Shown: in pieces, positions 51,427-58,527 of the stretch
Numbering within the stretch: the stretch's first letter is position 1
Layout of the letters: every line of letters begins with the position of its first letter
Assembly: GCA_965368815.1 (NCBI GenBank)
Contig: CBDUOH010000003.1
Span: 1-62,017, forward strand
Direction of reading: 5' to 3'
From: an uncultured Acidimicrobiia bacterium
Lineage (GTDB): Bacteria > Actinomycetota > Acidimicrobiia > Spongiisociales > UBA5794
Length of the DNA stretch: 62,017 bases
Made by a program: the position numbers and the translations under genes
Notes under the pieces: model-generated
Databases searched by the model: none
The model's input: the letters and a program-made list of their open reading frames with translations, nothing else
Told to the model about the DNA's origin: nothing

Positions 51427-53139
51427 GTGGGCCTCGCGTGTCAGGTCGTCCCCGACATCCCGACGTTTGCCGTTGATGACGGGTTCACCTACACGATTCC
51501 CGAAGGCATGCCTGTCGTGGTGGGCTCACAGGTCCGTATCCGCGTGTCGGGACGCCGATTGTCGGGGTTCGTGACGGCTGTGTTCCCCGTGCCGGAAGGA
51601 CGCAAACTGCTTCCGGTGGACGGAGTCCGAGGTAACGCACCGGTGTTCGATGAAACGCTTCTGGACGTCTGCCGCTGGACATCGACGCACTATGTGGCGC
51701 CTCTTTCGACCGTCCTCAAGCGCACATCGCCTCCGAACGTTCCCCGCTCGGTCAAGAACCTCGGCACGAGTCTTCCGCGCGGAGCCTCCCCGGGGGTGAC
51801 AGCCGTGGTCAGTGCTGCACCGCACACGCAGGCGATCCTGGATGAACTGGCCCGATCAGTGCGCCCGGTGATCGTTCCTTCCGCCGTCGAAGCTGCCGAT
51901 GTTGCTGCGCACGTGCGGGCGACGACGGATCACGACGTCGTCGTCGCGACATCTTCGATGTCCGGAGCTGCGGTGACCAGGGCCTGGGCGCGTGCTGCAC
52001 ACGATGAGTCAAGTCTCCTTGTCGGTACACGCGAGGTTGCCCTGTGGCCCGTGATCAATCCCAACGGATGGATTGTCGTCGAGGACGGTCGACGCGTCAT
52101 GAAGTCGCCCTCGACACCGACACTCCATGTGCGCGAGATTGCTGCATATCGGTCCCGAATCACCGATGGACATCTGACCCTGATTTCGCCTGTACCGACG
52201 CTCGAATCTCTGCATTTGGGGGCGCAGGTGGTCATTCCAGCGGGTCGCGAATGGTCAGCAATCGAGGTGGTGGACCGGACCGAGGAACCTCCGGGGTCCT
52301 CGCTGTTGACGAACCGCGTCCGACATGCGGTCGTCAATGCTGTGGCCGCTGGCCAGAAGGTGTTCGTATTGGTGACGGCCAGAGGATACGCGCCCGCGTT
52401 CCGGTGCCTCGCCTGCTCGGAGTTGCGGGTGTGCCAAGCATGTGGGACCCATGCCACGGGCGACGAAACGTGTCGGCGTTGCGGCGAGGTCCTCGGTGCG
52501 TGCAAGAACTGCGGCGGTCACGAGTTCGCACCGCTCGGAGCAGGGATAGGCCGCATGATCGAAGACCTCGCCCGCTTCGTCGATCGCACGCGCATAGGTG
52601 GCGGGGAAGATGGCCTTCAGGTGGCGGTGGGATCCGAACGCGACCTTGTCGGGCTCGGTGGCGTCGGGCTCGGTGTGGTCGTGGATTTCGACGGCATGAC
52701 CGGAGCTCCGCACTATCGCGCGACGGAGGACACACTTCGCCTGATTGCACGGTTGGCACAAGCGACGGAACCCGGAAGATCCCGCGTGATGGTCCAGACA
52801 TCCCGCAAGGACCAACCCCTCCTGCGAACCTTGGTGGCGGGGCATGCCAAACCGTTCCTCGATGCCGAAGCGGAACTGAGGGAGAGGGCCGGTTTCCCAC
52901 CGTTCGGGTCGCTGATCGCGATCGAGATCGATGTCGACCATGAAGCCGACACCCTGATCCGGGAAGCCGTCGGGGAACATGGGGTGGTCCGGGGCCCTGC
53001 CCGTATGCGGGATCGGCAGCGTTGGCTCATCCAAGGTCCGGATCTCGATCAGGCCAGAATCGGTCTTCGGTCGGCCGTCGGGACGCTGCGCTCCCAGGGG
53101 GCCAGGGTGCGTGTTGACGCTGATCCGATCGACCTGTGA
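51427..53139 (+). CDS. priA: primosomal protein N' (PriA) homologue with degenerate helicase motifs
   Basis: N-terminal 3'-DNA-binding-type region (VPDIPTFAVDDGFTYTIP), Cys-rich zinc region (CLACSELRVCQACG..CRRCG..CKNCG) and PriA C-terminal domain. Motifs I and II read VSAAPHTQ and VVEDGRR. GTG 51427 follows the coaBC stop. Confidence 0.8.
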   Translation: MGLACQVVPDIPTFAVDDGFTYTIPEGMPVVVGSQVRIRVSGRRLSGFVTAVFPVPEGRKLLPVDGVRGNAPVFDETLLDVCRWTSTHYVAPLSTVLKRTSPPNVPRSVKNLGTSLPRGASPGVTAVVSAAPHTQAILDELARSVRPVIVPSAVEAADVAAHVRATTDHDVVVATSSMSGAAVTRAWARAAHDESSLLVGTREVALWPVINPNGWIVVEDGRRVMKSPSTPTLHVREIAAYRSRITDGHLTLISPVPTLESLHLGAQVVIPAGREWSAIEVVDRTEEPPGSSLLTNRVRHAVVNAVAAGQKVFVLVTARGYAPAFRCLACSELRVCQACGTHATGDETCRRCGEVLGACKNCGGHEFAPLGAGIGRMIEDLARFVDRTRIGGGEDGLQVAVGSERDLVGLGGVGLGVVVDFDGMTGAPHYRATEDTLRLIARLAQATEPGRSRVMVQTSRKDQPLLRTLVAGHAKPFLDAEAELRERAGFPPFGSLIAIEIDVDHEADTLIREAVGEHGVVRGPARMRDRQRWLIQGPDLDQARIGLRSAVGTLRSQGARVRVDADPIDL

Positions 53140-53210
53140 GCACCCGTACAGTCGCCGTCCATGCCTCGCGCGACGCGAAGGCCGAAGCCCCGTGTCCTTC
53201 CTGTTCCCGT

Positions 53211-53216
53211 TACCCT
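53211..53216 (+). promoter_or_regulatory. candidate -10 hexamer (TACCCT) for leaderless def
   Basis: TACCCT, then 7 nt (gcccgcc), then ATG 53224. No SD. Confidence 0.35.
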
Positions 53217-53223
53217 GCCCGCC

Positions 53224-53727
53224 ATGGCGATCTATCCGATTCGAACATTCCCCGACCCGGTGCTTGCGCTGAAGGCGAGCGACGTCACCGACTTCGGCCC
53301 CACGCTCAAGAAACTCGCCGATGACATGTTCGAGACCATGCACGACGCCCCCGGTGTCGGCCTCGCAGCACCCCAGGTCGGCATATCGAAAAGATTCTTC
53401 GTCGCTGACGCGGGCGACGGACCGTTCGTGATGGCGAACCCGACGATCGTCGAAACGTCAGGCAAGCTCAAATTCGAGGAAGGATGTCTGTCGGTACCTG
53501 GTCGCTACTGGATGATCAAACGAGCCGAGTTCGTCGTGGCCGAGGGCTATGACATCGATGGCAACCCGGTGACATACGAAGGGGACGATCTCATGGGCCG
53601 GGTACTCCAGCATGAGATCGATCACCTCAACGGCATTCTGCTGCTCAGCCATCTGCCGAACCGTGTGCACAGACAGGCCCTGACCGAGCTGCGGGATGAC
53701 CCCCTCGGCCTTCGCAGGCGCGCCTGA
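53224..53727 (+). CDS. def: peptide deformylase
   Basis: MAIYPIRTFPDPVL start. GVGLAAPQ, EGCLSVPG and QHEIDHLNG motifs. Confidence 0.93.
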   Translation: MAIYPIRTFPDPVLALKASDVTDFGPTLKKLADDMFETMHDAPGVGLAAPQVGISKRFFVADAGDGPFVMANPTIVETSGKLKFEEGCLSVPGRYWMIKRAEFVVAEGYDIDGNPVTYEGDDLMGRVLQHEIDHLNGILLLSHLPNRVHRQALTELRDDPLGLRRRA

Positions 53728-54644
53728 TGGGTGCCGTCTTCCTCGGGACGCCGGCTGCAGCAGTGCCGAGCCTGTGTGCCCTGGCCCAGGTCGAGGACGT
53801 CGATCTCGTCATCACGCAGCCCGACCGCCCCGTTGGTCGGTCATCGACGTTGGTGAAATCTCCTGTGAAGGTGGCGGCGGAACAGTTCGGCTATCGCGTT
53901 GCCCAACCAACGACCTCGGCCGAACTCGCCGATGCCATCGACAGAACCGCTCCACGCGTCGCTCTCATCGTGGCCTACGGCCGGATTCTCACACCGGACG
54001 TGCTGGGCCGGGTCCCCCTCGGGTTTGTCAACGTCCACTTCTCCCTGCTACCACGCTGGCGTGGTGCAGCACCGGTCGAACGAGCGATTGCCGCTGGTGA
54101 TGCCACGACCGGAGTGACACTGATGAAGATCGATGAGGGACTCGACACCGGTCCCGTGATCGCGGAACGGGCCACCGACATCGCCGACGACGATACGGGA
54201 GGGACCCTGACCTCGCGCCTTGCCCACATCGGCGCGAGGCTCGTCGATGACGCACTTCCCGAGTACCTGCTCGGGCGTCGGATCCCGGTGCCCCAGATTG
54301 CGACGGGTGCCACGCACGCGGCGAGGTTGACCAAGGCAGAAGCCCGAATCGACAGCACGTTGTCTGCCGTGGACGCGCACCGACGCATCCGGGCTTTCGC
54401 TCCTCGCCCGGGTGCCTGGGTGGAAACCGAAGATGGGATCCTCAGAGTCCACAGGGTCGCGCCGACCACGACGATGACCTACACGCCGGGTGAGATCGCA
54501 TCAATGGGAGGGAACGTCGTCCTGGGACTTCAACACGGAGGCCTGGTTCTCGAGATGGTGCAGCCGCAGGGGAAACAGCAGATGTCTGCCGCAGATTGGA
54601 TGAACGGACGACGGGGAATGCCCGCTCTGCTCGTGACGTCATGA
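53727..54644 (+). CDS. fmt: methionyl-tRNA formyltransferase
   Basis: TGATG overlap with def. HFSLLPRWRGAAPV motif. Confidence 0.93.
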   Translation: MGAVFLGTPAAAVPSLCALAQVEDVDLVITQPDRPVGRSSTLVKSPVKVAAEQFGYRVAQPTTSAELADAIDRTAPRVALIVAYGRILTPDVLGRVPLGFVNVHFSLLPRWRGAAPVERAIAAGDATTGVTLMKIDEGLDTGPVIAERATDIADDDTGGTLTSRLAHIGARLVDDALPEYLLGRRIPVPQIATGATHAARLTKAEARIDSTLSAVDAHRRIRAFAPRPGAWVETEDGILRVHRVAPTTTMTYTPGEIASMGGNVVLGLQHGGLVLEMVQPQGKQQMSAADWMNGRRGMPALLVTS

Positions 54645-54654
54645 GCACACGCTG

Positions 54655-55851
54655 ATGGCCGGCGATCCTGTACGCGCCGCTTCTGCCCGCACCATCGACC
54701 GGGTCATGCGGTCCGGGGCGTACAGCAACATCGTCGTCCACGAAACACCGCTGCAAGGTCGAGACAGGGCGGCCCATCAGAATCTTGTGTTCTCCGCGCT
54801 GCGTTGGTTGGTCGTTGTGGATCGAGCGATCGACGAGGCGGCGAATCGGTCGCTGACCTCTCTCGACCCCCTTGTGCTTGCGGTACTTCGGATCGCAGGT
54901 ACCGAACTCGTCGTTCTCGGCCACGCACCCCATGCGGTGGTCGATGGCGCTGTGGATACCATTCGTGCTTTGGGTCAACAGCGATCCAGCGGGTTTGTCA
55001 ACGCCGTGGCGCGATCGATGGCTGACCGCGCAGTGCCGGTTGTCGACCCGCTCGACAGCTACCCCGGTTGGATCAAGGATGCATGCGTTGGATACGTACC
55101 CGACGGTGCGGCGCTCCTGTCCGCTCTCAACGCTCCGGCGCCGGTGGGCCTGCGCCGTCGCACGGGCGGTGTCATCGATGCAGCACCGGTCCCGGGCATC
55201 GATGGGGCCTTCTACGCAACGCCGACGACGCCGGTTTCCCAGCTTGAGGAGGCAGGCACTGTCGACGTGGTTGATCCGGCAACCACAGCGGTCGTCCAGG
55301 CGCTCGCCCCATCAACCGGGGCACGATGTCTCGACGTCGCTGCGGCACCGGGGGGGAAGACGCGCGCCATCGCTGACCGAATCGGAAGGATGGGGCGGCT
55401 GGTCGCAGCGGATGTGCACGGTGGCCGGGTGCGCAAGGCGAGACGAAGATCCACCCGATACACGACCGTTCGATGGGTCCGAGCCGACGGCACGCTTCCA
55501 CCGTGGCGGGTCGGGTCGTTCGATGCTGTCCTTCTTGACGCTCCGTGCACCGGACTGGGGACCTTGCGCAGACGACCCGAGATCCGCCATCGTCTCGAGC
55601 CGGGAGCGCCGGAGCGCTTCGGGCGCCTCCAACGGTCGATGCTCGAGCGCTCGCTTGAACTGGTGCGTCCCGGTGGTCGCCTTGTCTACTCGGTGTGTAC
55701 ACCGTTTCCCGAAGAGACAATCGATGTCGTGGCCGGCATGGGAGGCACCGCTCCTGAGCGACCGAACGGTACCCGGTGGGGCGATGGTCTGTTGCTCGGT
55801 CCCGACACGACGGGAACCGACGGGATGTTCATCTCCGTCTTCGACCGCTAG
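54655..55851 (+). CDS. rsmB: 16S rRNA (cytosine-C5)-methyltransferase RsmB/Sun family
   Basis: NusB-like N-terminus, SAM site DVAAAPGGKT and catalytic DAPCTGLGTLRRRPE. Confidence 0.85.
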   Translation: MAGDPVRAASARTIDRVMRSGAYSNIVVHETPLQGRDRAAHQNLVFSALRWLVVVDRAIDEAANRSLTSLDPLVLAVLRIAGTELVVLGHAPHAVVDGAVDTIRALGQQRSSGFVNAVARSMADRAVPVVDPLDSYPGWIKDACVGYVPDGAALLSALNAPAPVGLRRRTGGVIDAAPVPGIDGAFYATPTTPVSQLEEAGTVDVVDPATTAVVQALAPSTGARCLDVAAAPGGKTRAIADRIGRMGRLVAADVHGGRVRKARRRSTRYTTVRWVRADGTLPPWRVGSFDAVLLDAPCTGLGTLRRRPEIRHRLEPGAPERFGRLQRSMLERSLELVRPGGRLVYSVCTPFPEETIDVVAGMGGTAPERPNGTRWGDGLLLGPDTTGTDGMFISVFDR

Positions 55852-56654
55852 TCGATTGTGATGCTCCCCACGTCGATGTCCGTGACCGGGTACGCGAGGT
55901 CCATTGAACGCAATGTCTCGATGAGGATCGATGCGACGACCAGGTTGCGATACCACTTGCGGTCGGCAGGGACCACGAACCACGGTGACTCGCTCGTGCT
56001 CGTCTGGGAAATCGCTTCCTGGTAGGCGTCCATGTAGTCGTCCCACCGGGCTCGTGCATCGAGGTCGTTCGGATTGAACTTGTAGTTCTTCGATGGATCG
56101 GCGAGTCGCGCCTCGAGACGTTCCTTCTGCTCCGCACGTGAGATGTTGAGCATGATCTTGACAATCGCTGTGCCTTCATCCGAGAGCTGCTGTTCAAAAG
56201 CCCGTATGTGCCCGTATCGCGGGCGCCAACGGGTCTCAGGCACGAGATTGTTCACACGAACCACCAAGACATCCTCGTAATGGCTGCGGTTGAAGATACC
56301 GATCCGTCCATCGGCTGGGGTTCGTTGATGGATTCTCCAGAGGTAGTCGTGAGCCATCTCGCGTTCAGATGGGACCCCGAAACCGGTCACGTCGACTCCT
56401 TGCGGGTTGACACCGGTGAACACCTTCCGGATCGTGCCATCCTTGCCTCCGGTGTCCATCGCCTGGAGCACCATCAACAGCGATCGTGAACCATCGGCCC
56501 AGAGGAGCCTTTGGAGTTCGCCAAGCTCCTTGTGGAGCCCAGCCAGCACCGGTCGGGACGTCTTCTTGGTCAGATCGGGGAACATCGAGGTGTCCCTGGT
56601 GTCCATCGCCGTGAGGTCGAATGTCGCTCCGGGCTTGATGCGGTATCTGTCCAC
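55848..56654 (-). CDS. ppk2: polyphosphate kinase 2 family protein (single-domain)
   Basis: AMDTGGKDG P-loop, FNRSHYEDVLVVRV and VPADRKWYRN motifs. GTG 56654 has AAGGAG 5 nt upstream. The longer track ORF (to 56915) would overlap rpe and is rejected. Confidence 0.85.
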   Translation of the reverse strand: MDRYRIKPGATFDLTAMDTRDTSMFPDLTKKTSRPVLAGLHKELGELQRLLWADGSRSLLMVLQAMDTGGKDGTIRKVFTGVNPQGVDVTGFGVPSEREMAHDYLWRIHQRTPADGRIGIFNRSHYEDVLVVRVNNLVPETRWRPRYGHIRAFEQQLSDEGTAIVKIMLNISRAEQKERLEARLADPSKNYKFNPNDLDARARWDDYMDAYQEAISQTSTSESPWFVVPADRKWYRNLVVASILIETLRSMDLAYPVTDIDVGSITID

Positions 56655-56691
56655 GGGGTCTCCTTGATGTCGCAGCGGGCGCTTCCTACCG

Positions 56692-56697
56692 TACAAT
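56692..56697 (+). promoter_or_regulatory. candidate -10 hexamer (TACAAT) for leaderless rpe
   Basis: TACAAT, then 6 nt (cccacg), then ATG 56704. No SD. Confidence 0.45.
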
Positions 56698-56703
56698 CCC
56701 ACG

Positions 56704-57375
56704 ATGCAGTCATCCGTACGCGTCGCACCGTCCATTCTTGCAGCAGACTTCGCCAACCTCGCAACCGAGGTCGCCACGGTCGAATCCACGGTCTCCATGC
56801 TGCATGTTGACGTCATGGACGGCCATTTCGTCCCGAACATCAGCCTCGGACCGCCGGTGATCGCATCGTTGCGGGATGCCACAAGCCTGTACCTCGATTG
56901 CCATCTGATGATCACCGATCCGCTTTCCTATCTCGAGCCGATCGCTACGGCCGGAGCCGATGGGGTCACGGTGCACATCGAGGCTGTGCCGAATCCCGAG
57001 CCGGTTTTCAAGGAAGCCGAGAAGCTGGGTATCGATGTGGGACTCGTCATCAATCCACCGACACCGGAGACGGCCATCTCCCGGTTTCTCGAAAGGTGCT
57101 CGATGGTCGTTGTGATGAGTGTGCATCCCGGATTCGGCGGGCAATCGTTCATGTCGGAGACGATGCCCAAGGTTGTGGCGCTCAGAGAATCCATTGACTC
57201 TGCGGCACTTGCGACCGATATACAGGTCGACGGTGGCATCAACAGCCACACCGCACGCATCGCCGCAGAGGCAGGCGCAACGATTCTCGTTGCCGGGACA
57301 TCGGTGTTCCGTACCGGTGACGCAGCGGCAGCAGTGCGGGAGATACTCGCAAACGCAACGGGTGAGGTGGAATGA
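56704..57375 (+). CDS. rpe: ribulose-phosphate 3-epimerase
   Basis: VAPSILAADF and HVDVMDGHFVPN motifs. 223 aa. Confidence 0.95.
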   Translation: MQSSVRVAPSILAADFANLATEVATVESTVSMLHVDVMDGHFVPNISLGPPVIASLRDATSLYLDCHLMITDPLSYLEPIATAGADGVTVHIEAVPNPEPVFKEAEKLGIDVGLVINPPTPETAISRFLERCSMVVVMSVHPGFGGQSFMSETMPKVVALRESIDSAALATDIQVDGGINSHTARIAAEAGATILVAGTSVFRTGDAAAAVREILANATGEVE

Positions 57376-58298
57376 GCGAACGGATTCTGGTCGTCGATGA
57401 CGATCCCGACATCCTGCAGTTCGTGCAGATGAATCTTGAACTCGATGGGTTCAGGGTCGAAACGGCTCCGGGAGGACGCCAGGCGCTCGAACGCGCATCC
57501 GAGAACCCGCCAGACCTGATGCTGTTGGACATCATGATGCCCGAGATCGACGGGCTGACGGTGCTTCGACGGATGCGCAGCAACCCCACGACGGGCAGTG
57601 TTCCCGTCATCATCCTCACCGCCCGATCCCTCGCTGAAGACCGCGTGCGTGGTCTCGATCTCGGCGCCGATGACTACATCACGAAGCCTTTCGACCTCGA
57701 AGAGCTCGTTGCACGGGTGCGGACCGTGCTCCGACGATCCCAACAGATGCGGGACCTTTCGCCTTTGACCGGCTTGCCGGGAAACTTCCGCATCTCGGAG
57801 GCGCTCGAGTCACGTATCGAAGCGGGGGAGCAGCTCGCCGTCGTTCATTCGGACCTCGACAACTTCAAGGCGTTCAATGATCACTACGGATTCATGCGCG
57901 GTGACACCGTGATCAAGTTCACAGCCAAGGTGCTTCTCGAAGCCACGGAGGCCACCACGCACGGCAACGTGTTCGTCGGACACGTCGGGGGGGATGATTT
58001 CGTCTCGATCGTCCACGCTGACGACATGAAGGCCTACTGCGAGGACATCATGGCCCGTTTCGACGACGGAATCCTCGACTACTACGACACGGCCGACGCG
58101 CTCCAGGGATACATCGAGGTCACCGACAGGAAAGGGGAGCGGCACGCATACCCGATCTGTTCCCTGTCGATGGGTGTTGCGACCACCGAGACCAAGGAAT
58201 TGACCTCGGAGTGGGAGGCCTCGTCGGTGGCTGCCGAGATGAAGGAAGTCGCCAAGAGCATTCCCGGCACGAACTACCAGGTGGATCGCCGCACCTGA
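57372..58298 (+). CDS. response regulator with receiver domain and non-canonical GGDEF (GGDDF) domain
   Basis: ATGA overlap with rpe. Intact REC domain (DDD, LLDIMMP, ILTA, TKPF). GGDEF fold (PLTGLPGN, DLDNFKAFNDHYGFMRGD, HVGGDDFV, SLSMGVA). Confidence 0.85.
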   Translation: MSERILVVDDDPDILQFVQMNLELDGFRVETAPGGRQALERASENPPDLMLLDIMMPEIDGLTVLRRMRSNPTTGSVPVIILTARSLAEDRVRGLDLGADDYITKPFDLEELVARVRTVLRRSQQMRDLSPLTGLPGNFRISEALESRIEAGEQLAVVHSDLDNFKAFNDHYGFMRGDTVIKFTAKVLLEATEATTHGNVFVGHVGGDDFVSIVHADDMKAYCEDIMARFDDGILDYYDTADALQGYIEVTDRKGERHAYPICSLSMGVATTETKELTSEWEASSVAAEMKEVAKSIPGTNYQVDRRT

Positions 58299-58384
58299 TG
58301 CCGCCGCCACTCGGCAGGACGACGCTCCATCCTGACACCGACCGAGCGTGACGAGGAACCCGGATCGTCGGTTCTGTTGCGATG

Positions 58385-58390
58385 TACACT
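58385..58390 (+). promoter_or_regulatory. candidate -10 hexamer (TACACT) upstream of FMN riboswitch
   Basis: TACACT lies 14 nt before the riboswitch P1 5' strand. Confidence 0.3.
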
Positions 58391-58403
58391 TCCGATCGGA
58401 AAT

Positions 58404-58521
58404 ACCTCTTTCAGGGCAGGGTGCAAATCCCGACCGGCGGTGAAAGTCCGCGAACCCCATTTGGGGCCGATCCGGTGGAACTCCGGGGCCGACGGTAAGA
58501 GTCCGGATGGAAGAAAGGGGA
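58404..58521 (+). promoter_or_regulatory. FMN riboswitch (RFN element)
   Basis: CCUCUUUCAGGGCAGGGUGCAAAUCCCGACCGGCGGUGAAAGUCCGCGAACC...GAUCCGGUGGAACUCCGGGGCCGACGGUAAGAGUCCGGAUGGAAGAAAGGGG matches the RFN consensus block for block. It sits directly upstream of ribD. Confidence 0.93.
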
Positions 58522-58527
58522 CGCTTG

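Noticed and set aside
52648-52677. An in-frame 15-nt tandem duplication, GTCGGGCTCGGTGGC / GTCGGGCTCGGTGTG, inside priA (VGLGG VGLGV).
   Set aside because: There are only two copies (13/15 identical) in a Gly/Val-rich linker. This is most simply a slippage duplication with no evident function.
53165-53184. A hairpin GCCTCGCG-CGA-CGCGAAGGC after the priA stop.
   Set aside because: It is a short bulged stem with a 3-nt loop and no U-tract. It is GC-rich background-level structure, and the def promoter-like hexamer lies just downstream.
56655-56915. An upstream extension of the ppk2 ORF, giving 355 aa in total.
   Set aside because: It would overlap the rpe start and promoter by more than 200 nt. 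The PPK2 domain starts at VDRYRIKPG, and AAGGAG-N5-GTG at 56654 is a far better start.
58507-58527. ATG 58507 as the ribD start.
   Set aside because: The codon lies within the conserved 3' part of the FMN aptamer (..GUCCGGAUGGAAG..) and has no SD. GTG 58528 sits at proper spacing from the P1-embedded SD.
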